Notes: generated by a model from the sequence alone, not told the origin. A DNA stretch of 64,000 nucleotides from Minisyncoccota bacterium (GCA_028695415.1 JAQVIY010000003.1:47132-111131); one strand, 5' to 3'. Numbered from the stretch's first letter, positions 47,198 through 57,926 are shown. Numbers and translations: made by a program.

Positions 47198-47668
47198 ATG
47201 TCCCGCAACGCACTCCTCGTACCTCTCGCTCTCTTTTTCGTAGCCGGACTCTTCCTTTTTCTCTATAAGACACCGACACCGCCGACAGCGCCAGCGTATA
47301 CTGCGGAGTTTGGCGGCGTGTCCTTGACGCTTGAATATGCGACAACGCCAGCCGAGCGTGAGCGCGGGCTTGGCGGCCGCGCAGATGTCAAAGGTGGCTA
47401 CGGTATGCTCTTCGTCTTCCCTCGGGACGACCGGTATGGCTTCTGGATGAAGGATACGCTTGTGCCGCTCGACATCTTCTGGCTCGATGATAAAGGACAG
47501 GTGGTCTCTATTGCACAAGATGTGGCGATTTCCTCGTATCCTGATGTCTTTTATCCTACTGCGCCCGCGAAGTATGTCTTAGAGACGGCGGCAGGATTCG
47601 CCCTCCGCCACGCCGTCGCGACCGGTACCCCGCTTCTGTTGAAAAGTTTTCCAAGCGTTACAAAATAA
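47198..47668 (+). CDS. DUF192 family protein
   Basis: RERGL, GMLFVF, FWMKDTLVPLDI, YVLETAAG. Confidence 0.9.
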   Translation: MSRNALLVPLALFFVAGLFLFLYKTPTPPTAPAYTAEFGGVSLTLEYATTPAERERGLGGRADVKGGYGMLFVFPRDDRYGFWMKDTLVPLDIFWLDDKGQVVSIAQDVAISSYPDVFYPTAPAKYVLETAAGFALRHAVATGTPLLLKSFPSVTK

Positions 47669-47757
47669 CGCTGTCCACACTCGCATTTGCCACAGGGAGG
47701 AGTAAACTTTGAGTATCAAAGGAGAGTTTTATTTACCAACAAATCGCCCTTCACTCT

Positions 47758-50145
47758 ATGTCAAAAGCCGTCAAAGTTTCTGTTCGCGCGAAAGCGATTG
47801 TGCCGGCTGAAGCGCCGAAGTCGGTGATGCAGATTTCAAAAGAAACGAAACGGTATCGCGAAATGATCCCGCAAATAGAGAAGCGTGATGGACGATTAGT
47901 GCAATTTGATTTTGATAAGATATCTTCGGCTATCTGGAAAGCGATGACCGCTTCAGAAGAGGGCGGACAAGACGATGCAGTGCTCGTCGCACACCAAGTC
48001 GCCGGTGAACTGGGGCGATTTGCGAAGAAATATAAGAGTTTCCTTCCGACCGTTGAGGGAATTCAAGACTCGGTAGAGAAATATCTCATCCTCAACGACT
48101 ATGTGAAGACCGCGAAGAACTATATTCTGTATCGTGACAAGCGCGCGCAGCTACGCGCGGTGCATATCGAGGTGCCGGAGCACGTGAAGAAGCTCGTAGA
48201 GGAGAGTAAGAAATATTTTGAGGGCAATGCGCTCGGTGAATTCGTTTACTTACGCACCTACGCGAAGTGGATACCCGAAGAAGGTCGTCGCGAAACCTGG
48301 ATAGAGACCGTCGATCGCTATATGAGCTTCATGCGCGAGAACCTCGGCAACAAACTTACCGAAAAAGAGTATGCCGAAGTGCGCACCGGCATCTTGAAGC
48401 AGGAAGTGATGCCCTCGATGCGTCTTATGCAATTCTCAGGCGAGGCGGCACGCCGCTGTAACACCTGCGCATATAACTGCACTTTCACCGCGCCGACGAA
48501 ACTCGAAGATTTCGCCGAAATCATGTATCTCTCGATGCAGGGATGCGGCGTTGGTTTCGCCGTAGAGAGCCAGAACGTCGAACAGCTCCCGCAGATAATG
48601 AAGCAGGCTGGCAAGAAGGTCGAGACGCATGTCATCGCCGACTCGAAGGAGGGATGGTGCGATGCGCTCACGCTCGGTCTCAAGACCTGGTATGCGGGCA
48701 AGGATATAGCCTTTGACTTCTCGCAGATACGACCGGCAGGCGCACGACTGAAGACCATGGGCGGTAAGGCCTCGGGCCCGGAGCCGCTGCGTTCACTTCT
48801 CGCCTTCGCGCGCGAGAAGATACTCGCACGCGCCGGTCGCCGCCTCCGTACCATCGATGTGCATGACATTATCTGTAAGATCGGCGAGTGCGTCGTCGCC
48901 GGCGGCGTGCGCCGTACCGCGATGATTTCGCTCTCCGACCTCGATGATGTCGAGATGCGCGACGCCAAGAAAGGCCAGTTCTATATGACCGACCCGCACC
49001 GCTCGGTGGCGAACAACTCTGCCGTATACGAGACTCAGCCGACCAACACTGAGCTTATGGACGAATGGGTCGCGCTTATGAAGAGCGGGAGCGGCGAGCG
49101 CGGTATTTTCAATCGCGGCGGTATCGCCGCAACACTCCCGAAGCGCCGTGCTGACTATTTCAAGATGACCGGCTTCATCGGCGAGGATGGCGTGGTGCGC
49201 GGCTCTATTGGTACAAACCCGTGCGCCGAGATCATCCTGCAATCAAAGCAGTTCTGTAATCTCTCCGAGGTCATCGCGCGCGCTCACGACACCGAGACCT
49301 CGCTCCTGCGCAAGGCGCGCCTTGCCGCGATTCTCGGCACTTACCAATCAACCCTCACGAAGTTCGGCTACATCTCGAAAGACTGGACCGACCACTGCGC
49401 CGATGAACGCCTGCTCGGCGTCTCGATAACAGGGCAGTGGGATAGCCCGGTCGCTCGACAGCCGGAAGTGATGCGCAAGGTGCGTGACATGGCGATAAAG
49501 ACGAACACGACCTACGCGAAGCGTTTCGGCGTCGCGCGCTCAATGTCGGTCACGGCGGTGAAGCCCTCGGGCACCGTCTCGCAGACCTTCAACTGCGCCT
49601 CGGGCATCCATCCGCGCCACGCGCCGTACTATATCCGCCGCGTGCGCATCAGCGCGACCGATTCGCTCTTCAAGCTTATGCGCGATCAGGGGGTGCCGTT
49701 CTACCCGGAGGTTGGTCAGTCTATGGAAGAGGCAAACACTTTTGTGCTCGAATTCCCGGTGAAGGCGCCCGATCACTCTAAAGAAGCACGATTCAAAGAC
49801 GATCTCTCAGCGCTCGAACAGCTCGAATACTGGAAGCGCGTGAAGCTCAATTTCACCGAACATAATCCCTCAGCGACCATTTCGGTCTCCGAGAACGAGT
49901 GGATTGCCGTCGTGGATTGGGTGCAGAAGAACTGGAACATCATCGGCGGGCTTTCGTTCCTCCCTCGAAGCAATCACATCTATCGTCTCGCGCCCTACGA
50001 AACGATAACGAAGGACGAATACGAGGCGCGTATGTCTCGCTTCCCGAAGGTGGATTACTCAAAGCTTGTCGCGTATGAACTCCACGACGAGACGGAGATG
50101 AAGAAGGAGCTGGCGTGCGCCGGCGGCACCTGCGAGATTGTCTGA
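47758..50145 (+). CDS. nrdJ: Class II (adenosylcobalamin-dependent) ribonucleotide reductase with ATP cone
   Basis: KRDG ATP cone, RTY..RRETW, YNC, GGVRRTAMISL, TNPCAEI, VKPSGT, C-terminal CAGGTC. Confidence 0.9.
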   Translation: MSKAVKVSVRAKAIVPAEAPKSVMQISKETKRYREMIPQIEKRDGRLVQFDFDKISSAIWKAMTASEEGGQDDAVLVAHQVAGELGRFAKKYKSFLPTVEGIQDSVEKYLILNDYVKTAKNYILYRDKRAQLRAVHIEVPEHVKKLVEESKKYFEGNALGEFVYLRTYAKWIPEEGRRETWIETVDRYMSFMRENLGNKLTEKEYAEVRTGILKQEVMPSMRLMQFSGEAARRCNTCAYNCTFTAPTKLEDFAEIMYLSMQGCGVGFAVESQNVEQLPQIMKQAGKKVETHVIADSKEGWCDALTLGLKTWYAGKDIAFDFSQIRPAGARLKTMGGKASGPEPLRSLLAFAREKILARAGRRLRTIDVHDIICKIGECVVAGGVRRTAMISLSDLDDVEMRDAKKGQFYMTDPHRSVANNSAVYETQPTNTELMDEWVALMKSGSGERGIFNRGGIAATLPKRRADYFKMTGFIGEDGVVRGSIGTNPCAEIILQSKQFCNLSEVIARAHDTETSLLRKARLAAILGTYQSTLTKFGYISKDWTDHCADERLLGVSITGQWDSPVARQPEVMRKVRDMAIKTNTTYAKRFGVARSMSVTAVKPSGTVSQTFNCASGIHPRHAPYYIRRVRISATDSLFKLMRDQGVPFYPEVGQSMEEANTFVLEFPVKAPDHSKEARFKDDLSALEQLEYWKRVKLNFTEHNPSATISVSENEWIAVVDWVQKNWNIIGGLSFLPRSNHIYRLAPYETITKDEYEARMSRFPKVDYSKLVAYELHDETEMKKELACAGGTCEIV

Positions 50146-50262
50146 GACGCCAGAACACCCGGCTACTGCGTTGCTCGCTCCGCTCCTCCCTCGCTGTATG
50201 TCTTGATACGGCTCGGTACGGTGCTCGCTCGCGTCTTGTATCCGGGCGTTCTGACCGTCTCA
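50143..50262. repeat. REP-like long imperfect palindrome
   Basis: TGAGACGCCAGAACACCCGGCTAC ... GTATCCGGGCGTTCTGACCGTCTCA arms. Confidence 0.6.
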
Positions 50263-50369
50263 TACGCTAGGTAAGATACGGCGCAGGTTATTTCTTGCTC
50301 GCACCTCGCACCTGGGGCCTTTGAGCGCGCTTTAGCCCACGCGATTCTCATTCTGTTGGGGGAATTCAG

Positions 50370-50927
50370 CTAGCGCCTATCGAGAATGCATAACACTTCG
50401 TCAAAACCGCCCCTGGGCGATCTATCCAAGTGGACAATTTTCCAACCGCCCTGCTCGACCTCTTGCTCAAATGAATCAGAATCGAAATAGCTTCTCCAGT
50501 GTATGTCAGACTTCTGTCTCAATTTAAAATTCACCCAAATATCAAGACGCATCAACCGGAGTTTGCCGAACCAGCCATGGTACAGTTCTTCAACCAAAAT
50601 AATTCGACGAGAAGAGACTCTTTTCATTTCCTTCAATAATTTGTCTCTTTCCTTTACATGATGTAAGACGTACATAGCTATCGATGCTTCAAATGAAGCA
50701 TCTTTAAAAGGTATTTCTTTCCCATCGTACAAGACGAAGTTCCGTAGACTAATTGCTTCTGGATGTTTTATTACGTCCAAGGATGTGACTTGTATTCCGG
50801 CACTCTCCATGAGTTTCGAAAAGTGTCCTAGGCCGCTACCCACTTCTAAGTTTGTTGAGAGAAGATAAGGTCTAATCCTCTCGAACCATTCATTTTGATT
50901 TTCCTCGAGAAAGCCCAGCATGTCCAT
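50370..50927 (-). CDS. Class I SAM-dependent methyltransferase
   Basis: LEVGSGLG, YDGKEIPF, VLHH; low GC. Confidence 0.85.
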   Translation of the reverse strand: MDMLGFLEENQNEWFERIRPYLLSTNLEVGSGLGHFSKLMESAGIQVTSLDVIKHPEAISLRNFVLYDGKEIPFKDASFEASIAMYVLHHVKERDKLLKEMKRVSSRRIILVEELYHGWFGKLRLMRLDIWVNFKLRQKSDIHWRSYFDSDSFEQEVEQGGWKIVHLDRSPRGGFDEVLCILDRR

Positions 50928-51070
50928 CTCAACAGTATAACTCCTTAATATCTCGAGCTACGGGCCTTGTTCGACATGGGAATCTTAATCATGCAGGGGA
51001 AAAGGGGAACAGACACCATTTTTTCTATGAATGAGAAAATCCACGCAGGAGCGTGGATTTTCTCATTTGT

Positions 51071-51498
51071 GCAGACCGGATCGGTAAGCCGAATTCTGTC
51101 GTGGACGATCATTTATCTGGGACGCTCGTTACCGAGCGCCTCGAGCGGCACTCCCTTCGATTTCTCTCAGGGCACGGCCTTGCATGCGGGTAAGGATTTG
51201 GTCGTTGCACCCTCGTCTTTCGACGAGATTCCCCAGCTCCAGTTTCGAAAAACTGGGGCAGGGGCCGCGGGCTTTCGCCGTTGGCGTCACTGTGGGCACC
51301 TCTATCCTTGCGGACGACGGGCGTTACCCGCTACCTGATTCCCAGCTCCAGTTTCGTGACGCGATTTTGAAATCTACCCATCCGCTTGTGCTGCTGTAGC
51401 ACAGTAAAAGTAGGGCTCTCGTTACGAAACTGGGGCTGGGGCATGTTCGGACTTTCCTCTCCTCACCGAGGTGAAGAGCGATCGCCTAATCCGGTCTA
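51071..51498 (-). ncRNA. rnpB: RNase P RNA
   Basis: Minus-strand GAGGAAAGTCCGAAC and ACAGAATTCGGCTTA P4 signatures; AGACCGGAT/ATCCGGTCT P1; terminator hairpin at about 51030-51068. Confidence 0.93.
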
Positions 51499-51605
51499 GG
51501 TGCATTATACCACACAATATATCTGTGGAGGAAGATGCCTCGACAAGAGAACGAGCACGGTATACTAGACACATTATTACTGGATAAAGACAGCAGAACT
51601 TAATC

Positions 51606-53972
51606 ATGCCTCCACAACAATCAATCAAGCCGCGCCGCTCAATAGAGACTATAAGCGTGTGGGTGCTCATCGCTTCGCTCGTTGTCGCTGTATTCGCGTT
51701 TATTCCGTCGGCATCGGTGTCGTTTATGACGACCAAATCTTTCGTGCTTGCTGCGGGTGCGCTCCTCGCTTTTGCAGCCTACGTGCTCGCACGGCTCTCG
51801 CGTGGCAATGTCATTCTCCCGCCGTTCTTGCTCGTCGGTGCACTCTGGTTTCCCGTAATCGCGTACGTATTGTCAGCAGCCTTCTCAGGCGTACCGTTTA
51901 TGAACGCGCTCTGGGGCTCGTCGCTTGAAACAGATACGCTCGGCTTCATGCTCGCTGTGGCGATCTTTGGTACTCTGACCGCTCTCGTACTGCGTCGCTC
52001 CGAGCACTACCGCACCTTCCTCCGCACGAGTGTTTTCGCATTCGCCGCCCTGGTTGTTGTCCAAGCGCTCATCCTTATTGTCGGACAATTTGCTCCGAGC
52101 ACCGTGTCGCCCTCATTTTCTCCTGTCGGTTCGGTGAATGATCTCGCGTCCATTCTCGGTCTCGGCGTCATCGGTATCCTCATCGCGCTTCGGGAACTCG
52201 ATGTTGATCTGCGTGCGCGCCGTATCCTGCTCGCATGCGTCGTCCTCGCGCTCGCGCTTCTCGCCGTCGCCAACGTCGCGCTCGTGTGGACTCTCCTCGC
52301 ACTCGTTTCGCTCGGTTTCTTCGTCGAATCGGTCATGCGCCGCGGAGATAAGGGAGGAGACACCGATCTCGCCGATGTTTCGTTCATTGAAGAAGAGCCG
52401 CTCAGCACGAACGGAAACAACCGTCCGCTCGTTATGCCGCTTGTCGTACTCGCGGTCTCGCTCTTCTTCCTCATTGGTGGCACGCTCGGCAACGCTCTTG
52501 CGAGCGCACTCAACGCAGGTCAGGTACAGGTGCGTCCCTCATGGCAGTCAACCCTTTCGGTCGGACAGAAAGTATTTTCTTCGACCCCCGTCTTAGGTTC
52601 TGGTCCTGGAACATTCGGCGTAGAATGGCTCAAATACCGCGACGCGTCCCTCAACGCAACGATATTCTGGAACGTTGATTTCTCTTCGGGCATCGGCTTC
52701 ATCCCGACCTCGTTCGTGACGACCGGTCTTGTGGGAGGTATCGCGTGGATAGCGCTCCTCACGCTCTTCATCGTGTTCGGTCTGCGCATGCTTATTCGCC
52801 GCGCACCGGAGGACGCCTTCATCCGCTTCGTCGCGTTCTTCTCGTTCCTCGCGTCGGTGTATCTTTTCACCATTACTCTCTTTGATCTCCCCGGCGCGGT
52901 CGTACTCGCGCTCGCATTCGTCTTTGCGGGGCTCTTCGCTTCGACCATGCGATTCAGCTCTCGCGGGGGGCAGTGGGGCGTCATATTCGCGCGGAGTCCG
53001 CGACTCGGCTTCATCATCGTCTTTGTTCTCACTGTATTCCTTCTTGGATCGGTCGCTCTGGCATACACGCTTGTCGGGCGCGCGGTTGCTTCCTATCAGC
53101 TTGGCGTAGCTTCGAACGCGTTTGCGGCGGGGAACCTCGATGCGGCCGATACGGCGGCACGAAGCTCTGCTTCTTTCGCTTCCACGGCGAGAACGTACCA
53201 GCTTCAAGCAGGTATTGCGCGCGCTCGGCTTGGCCAAATAGCATCATCAACGACGATGCCAGCCGCCGCAGCGCAGAAGGCATTCCAAGATGCGCTCTCA
53301 TCCGGTATCACCGCGGCCTTGGCCTCTACGAACCTTTCTCCATCCGACTATCAAGGTTGGCTCATGCTCGGCGACCTCTATGCGCAGGCGGTGCCGCTTA
53401 GCGTAACGGGAGCGTATGACGGAGCTAAGGCGGCGTATGAGAAAGCGCAGGCGCTCAACCCGACCAATCCACAGATACCGTACATCATTGCAGAGCTCAA
53501 TATCGCAAACAAGGACTACAAGGCGGCTCAAGAGAACCTCAAGGCAGCCATCGCTCTCAAGCAGGACTACACGACCGCGATTCTGCTTCTCTCACAGCTT
53601 GAGGTGCAGGACGGCAACGTGAAGGAAGCGCTCAACTCTGCTCTTGCTGCGGCATACTTCACGCCGAATGATCCGAGCATCCTCTTCCAAATCGGTATTC
53701 TCTATGCCGTGCAGAGCGATCTCACGAACGCCGGAGCGGCGCTCGAAGCGGCGGTATCGGCGAATCCTCAGTTTGCGAACGCGCGCTACTTCCTCGCGGC
53801 GGTGTATGCAAAGCGAGGAGACCTGAAGAGTGCGCAGGCACAGGTGCAGGCGATAGCGGACATGTCGGCCGACAACGCAAAGGCAGTCGCCTCGCAGCTC
53901 GCCGCACTCGCTACCGGCACCAATCCGTTCCCTGCGAACCTCCTCTCGGTATCCTCGACCCCGGTGAAATAA
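51606..53972 (+). CDS. Polytopic membrane protein (O-antigen ligase-like) with C-terminal TPR repeats
   Basis: Many TM segments, PVLGSGPGTF motif, TPR-like helices. Confidence 0.75.
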   Translation: MPPQQSIKPRRSIETISVWVLIASLVVAVFAFIPSASVSFMTTKSFVLAAGALLAFAAYVLARLSRGNVILPPFLLVGALWFPVIAYVLSAAFSGVPFMNALWGSSLETDTLGFMLAVAIFGTLTALVLRRSEHYRTFLRTSVFAFAALVVVQALILIVGQFAPSTVSPSFSPVGSVNDLASILGLGVIGILIALRELDVDLRARRILLACVVLALALLAVANVALVWTLLALVSLGFFVESVMRRGDKGGDTDLADVSFIEEEPLSTNGNNRPLVMPLVVLAVSLFFLIGGTLGNALASALNAGQVQVRPSWQSTLSVGQKVFSSTPVLGSGPGTFGVEWLKYRDASLNATIFWNVDFSSGIGFIPTSFVTTGLVGGIAWIALLTLFIVFGLRMLIRRAPEDAFIRFVAFFSFLASVYLFTITLFDLPGAVVLALAFVFAGLFASTMRFSSRGGQWGVIFARSPRLGFIIVFVLTVFLLGSVALAYTLVGRAVASYQLGVASNAFAAGNLDAADTAARSSASFASTARTYQLQAGIARARLGQIASSTTMPAAAAQKAFQDALSSGITAALASTNLSPSDYQGWLMLGDLYAQAVPLSVTGAYDGAKAAYEKAQALNPTNPQIPYIIAELNIANKDYKAAQENLKAAIALKQDYTTAILLLSQLEVQDGNVKEALNSALAAAYFTPNDPSILFQIGILYAVQSDLTNAGAALEAAVSANPQFANARYFLAAVYAKRGDLKSAQAQVQAIADMSADNAKAVASQLAALATGTNPFPANLLSVSSTPVK

Positions 53973-54056
53973 GCCGGAGTACCGGCTGAAAAGTAGAATC
54001 AGAGTCTCACTTTGTCCTCACTCGCTTGGCAGTACATTGTAGAGTAAAATAGGGCA

Positions 54057-55739
54057 ATGGTTCGGAGATTTCTCGAACGTATCGCGGCACCTGTACGCGG
54101 CCTGCATCAGGCCGCGTACTTGCTCGCGGCACTCACGCTCGCGTCGCAGGCTCTCGCGCTTCTGCGCGACCGAACTTTCGCGCACGCCTTTGGTGCAGGG
54201 CAGGTGCTTGATCTCTACTATGCCGCTTTTCGCGTGCCAGACCTCGTCTTCGCACTGGTATCGTCGCTCGTCTCCGCCTATGTGCTCATACCGCGTATCA
54301 CGGGCATGGATAGGGAATCGACACGCCGCCTCCTTTCCGAGTCGGCGACATTCCTCTTCGGTGTCGGCGGGCTTATCTGTGTCGTGTTGGCCGTCTTCAT
54401 GCCGCAGTTCCTTGCCGCACTCTACCCAAGCCTCATGGCGTCTCCGTATCAAGCAGAATTCGTACTGCTCGCACGTATTTTGCTCGTCCAACCAATCTTG
54501 CTCGGCCTCTCCGGCATTCTCGGGAGCGTGACGCAAGTGCACCGACGCTTCGTACTCTTCGCGCTTTCGCCGGTGCTCTACAACGCGGGCATCATCTTCG
54601 GCGCAGCGTTCCTCTATCCGCTCTGGGGTCTTTCCGGCATCGGCATCGGTGTCGTCATCGGCGCGCTCGCATACCTGTTCGTCAATCTACCAGTCGTTAT
54701 CGGGGCCGGCGTCATGCCGAATTTCAAGATGCCAAGATTCGCACTCATGATGCCGGTGATGCGCGACTCGATACCGCGCTCGCTTGCGCTCGGCATGGGT
54801 TCCATCACGGCGCTCGTTCTGACCGCGCTCGCCTCAAGAGTCGGCACAGGCTCGGTTTCGGTCTTCACCTTCGCGAGCAATCTCGAGGCCGTTCCGCTCT
54901 CGCTTATTGGCGCGTCCTATGCGGTAGCGGCGTTCCCGGCGCTTTCTGAGGCGTCAGGGAGTGAACGCCGGGAAGAATTTACGAGCATCCTTTCCTCGAG
55001 CGCGCGGCATATCATCCTCTGGTCGCTCGTGTCACTGGGTCTCATTGTCATTTTACGCGCTCACCTTGTGCGCGTTATCCTCGGCACGGGGGCATTCGAT
55101 TGGAATGCGACGCGCCTCACTGCCGCCCTGCTCGCGGTTCTCACAGTCGGCCTCGTCGCGCAAGGGTTGGTGCTCCTCTTCTCGCGTGCTCTCTATGCCG
55201 TACGGCAGTCCTGGCGGCCGCTTGCGTACCAGATTGCCGGAGGCGTGCTCACGGTTATACTCGCTCTATCATTCCTCGCGATGCCGAATGACGGGCTCCC
55301 GGTTTCACTTGCCGCTTTTCTCAAGGTCGCTGATGTAAGCGGTACCGCCGTCCTTCTGGTGGCGCTTGCCGCGACGCTCGGTCAGATATTCCTCGCGATA
55401 CTCTCGCTCGTCGCGCTTCGCGACGTCTCCCCCGGCCTCGCGCGTTCGTTTATACGACCGCTCATAGACGGCTCGCTCGCTGCGATCGCCGGCGGCGCGG
55501 CGGCGTACGCCACCCTTGCGCTCGAGGGAGGCATCGCTCCGCTCACCACTCTCGCAGCGGTGTTCACCCAGGGCCTCGCGGCGGGCGTCGTGGGCCTCAT
55601 CTTCTCTGCGCTCGCGCTGTATGTTGTTGAGAATGAAGAGTTTCGCATCGTCACGGGCGCACTTGCGCGCCTCATCCGCGTGCCCGCTACGCGCTCAGAA
55701 GCGCTGCTCCCTTCGGCAGAAGAGCCTACCCAGCCATGA
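54057..55739 (+). CDS. murJ: Lipid II flippase MurJ/MviN
   Basis: LLRDRTFAHAFGAG..LDLYYAAFRVPD, PVLYNAGII, RALYA. Confidence 0.88.
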   Translation: MVRRFLERIAAPVRGLHQAAYLLAALTLASQALALLRDRTFAHAFGAGQVLDLYYAAFRVPDLVFALVSSLVSAYVLIPRITGMDRESTRRLLSESATFLFGVGGLICVVLAVFMPQFLAALYPSLMASPYQAEFVLLARILLVQPILLGLSGILGSVTQVHRRFVLFALSPVLYNAGIIFGAAFLYPLWGLSGIGIGVVIGALAYLFVNLPVVIGAGVMPNFKMPRFALMMPVMRDSIPRSLALGMGSITALVLTALASRVGTGSVSVFTFASNLEAVPLSLIGASYAVAAFPALSEASGSERREEFTSILSSSARHIILWSLVSLGLIVILRAHLVRVILGTGAFDWNATRLTAALLAVLTVGLVAQGLVLLFSRALYAVRQSWRPLAYQIAGGVLTVILALSFLAMPNDGLPVSLAAFLKVADVSGTAVLLVALAATLGQIFLAILSLVALRDVSPGLARSFIRPLIDGSLAAIAGGAAAYATLALEGGIAPLTTLAAVFTQGLAAGVVGLIFSALALYVVENEEFRIVTGALARLIRVPATRSEALLPSAEEPTQP

Positions 55740-57541
55740 ACCCGGAACATATTCGCAATTTCTCTATCGTCGCCCACGTAGATCACGGGAAGTCTACTCT
55801 GGCTGATCGTTTGCTCGAGCGCACGGGGACCATTCCCGAGCGTATGATGCGCGACCAAGTGCTCGACCGCATGGACCTTGAGCGCGAGCGGGGCATAACA
55901 ATCAAAATGCAGCCCGTACGCATGAACTACACGCTGGGCAGCGTGAACTATGTGTTGAACCTGATAGATACCCCCGGGCATATAGATTTCTCGTACGAAG
56001 TTTCGCGCGCGCTTCATGCGGTCGAGGGCGTATTGCTTCTCGTCGATTCGACACAGGGTATACAGGCACAGACACTGACCACTCTCGCGATGGCCGAGGC
56101 GCAAGGCTGTACTATTATCCCCGTCTTGTCAAAAATAGATTCGCCCGCGGCGCGTGTCGAAGAGGTGAAGGATGAACTTGCAGAGCTCCTGCATGTCTCA
56201 CCTGAAGAAGTGCTCGCGGTGTCGGGGAAGAGCGGGGCAGGAGTTGCAGAGCTTCTCGAGGCGATAGTGAAGAACGTTCCGCCTCCCAAAAGCGCTTCGA
56301 CAACCTCAGAACCGCGAGGTCTTATCTTCGATTTCTCTTACTCAAAACACCGCGGTGTTGTCGTGTATCTGCGCGTCTTTGACGGCACCTTCAAGAAAGG
56401 GCAGTCGCTCGGCTTTGCCGCTGCCGGCAAGGAGTTCATAGCGCTTGAGGTGGGCGTTTTTGCCCCTGAGGAGCGTCCCGCAGACTCTCTGTCTGCCGGA
56501 GAGATAGGCTATATCGTTACGGGTATCAAAGAGGCAGGCGTGGTGGCGGTAGGCGACACTATCGGCATGGCGCACGGCTCGCTGCCCGCGCTCGCGGGCT
56601 ATGAGCGAGTACGGCCGGTCGTGTGGGCATCGGTGTATCCAGAGAGTCAGGATGATCTGCCAATACTGCGCCAATCGCTTGAGCGTCTGCGGCTCTCTGA
56701 CTCCTCGCTTTCGTTTGAAGAGGAGTCCTCCGGCGTGCTCGGTCGAGGGTTCCGCTGCGGCTTCCTTGGGCTTCTCCATCTCGAGATCATCACCGAGCGG
56801 CTGAAGCGCGAGTTCGGGCTCTCGCTTATCGTCACCATTCCCACTATCTCCTATGTGGTGACGAAGACGAACGGTATACGCGAGACTATTTACACACCCG
56901 CGAAGTTTCCCGAGCACGGTGACATTGTGAAGATAGAAGAACCGTGGGCGAAGGTCATCATTATTACACCGCCCGACTCGGTGAGCGTACTGATACAGAT
57001 GCTGTATGATCATGAGGCGAACACGCTTGGTACCGAGACGTATCACGACGGGCGCATCGAGATGACGGTCGAGATGCCGCTTCGCGAGCTCATGCGCGGT
57101 TTCTTCGATAAGCTAAAGAGTGTCTCGTCGGGCTATGCGTCGCTCTCGTATGAGATATTGCCCGAGCGTGAAGCGGACGTGGTACGGCTTGATGTGCTTG
57201 TCGCCGAGGAGTCAGTGCCGGCGTTCGCGCGCGTGGTCGCTAGGCGGAGGGTGCAGGAAGAGGCAGAGAAAATGGTAGAGAAGCTTCACAGTCTCCTTCC
57301 GAAGCAGCTCTTCGTCACCAAGATACAGGCGAAGTCGGGCGGGCGCATTATCGCTTCGAAATCGCTCTCGGCGATGCGCAAGGATGTCACTGGGTATCTG
57401 TACGGCGGCGACGTTTCGCGCAAGATGAAATTGCTTCAGAAACAGAAACGAGGGAAGAAGAAGATGCTCGAACGCGGTACGGGCAAGGTAAATATCCCCG
57501 AAGAGGTCTTCATGAAAATGGTGCAGTCTTCGGCAGAATAG
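55736..57541 (+). CDS. lepA: Elongation factor 4
   Basis: IRNFSIVAHVDHGKSTLADR, GFRCGFLGLLH, YGGDVSRKMKLL. Confidence 0.97.
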   Translation: MNPEHIRNFSIVAHVDHGKSTLADRLLERTGTIPERMMRDQVLDRMDLERERGITIKMQPVRMNYTLGSVNYVLNLIDTPGHIDFSYEVSRALHAVEGVLLLVDSTQGIQAQTLTTLAMAEAQGCTIIPVLSKIDSPAARVEEVKDELAELLHVSPEEVLAVSGKSGAGVAELLEAIVKNVPPPKSASTTSEPRGLIFDFSYSKHRGVVVYLRVFDGTFKKGQSLGFAAAGKEFIALEVGVFAPEERPADSLSAGEIGYIVTGIKEAGVVAVGDTIGMAHGSLPALAGYERVRPVVWASVYPESQDDLPILRQSLERLRLSDSSLSFEEESSGVLGRGFRCGFLGLLHLEIITERLKREFGLSLIVTIPTISYVVTKTNGIRETIYTPAKFPEHGDIVKIEEPWAKVIIITPPDSVSVLIQMLYDHEANTLGTETYHDGRIEMTVEMPLRELMRGFFDKLKSVSSGYASLSYEILPEREADVVRLDVLVAEESVPAFARVVARRRVQEEAEKMVEKLHSLLPKQLFVTKIQAKSGGRIIASKSLSAMRKDVTGYLYGGDVSRKMKLLQKQKRGKKKMLERGTGKVNIPEEVFMKMVQSSAE

Positions 57542-57581
57542 TAAATCAAGGTTGAATCCTGGTGTACGGTATACTTTGGGT

Positions 57582-57920
57582 ATGCGCGCGAAACAGTGGC
57601 GAGAAGGTTTTCTTATCGGCATCTTGGTGCTTGTCGCCGCATGGTTTATTTCTCTCATTTGGGGGCTCGCAGGGAAGGCACAGATAGCGGTGACGCAAGC
57701 GAACGATGCGAAGAGACAGTATCAGGCGCTCGAGGAGCGTAAGGCGACGCTTCAAGCGAATGTCGCCGCACTCGATACCAGTCGTGGGCGAGATGCCGCT
57801 ATTCGCACCGCATTCGGAGTTGCACGTCCTGGAGAAGAGGTTATTGTAGTGGTGCCGCCTATCCCGGCGACCTCGACGCCGCCGCTCTCGTGGTGGCAAG
57901 TGATTCTGAGCTGGTTCTGA
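57582..57920 (+). CDS. Septum formation initiator (FtsB/DivIC-like)
   Basis: TM segment, coiled coil, RTAFGVARPGEEVIV. Confidence 0.7.
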   Translation: MRAKQWREGFLIGILVLVAAWFISLIWGLAGKAQIAVTQANDAKRQYQALEERKATLQANVAALDTSRGRDAAIRTAFGVARPGEEVIVVVPPIPATSTPPLSWWQVILSWF

Positions 57921-57926
57921 ACGTAT

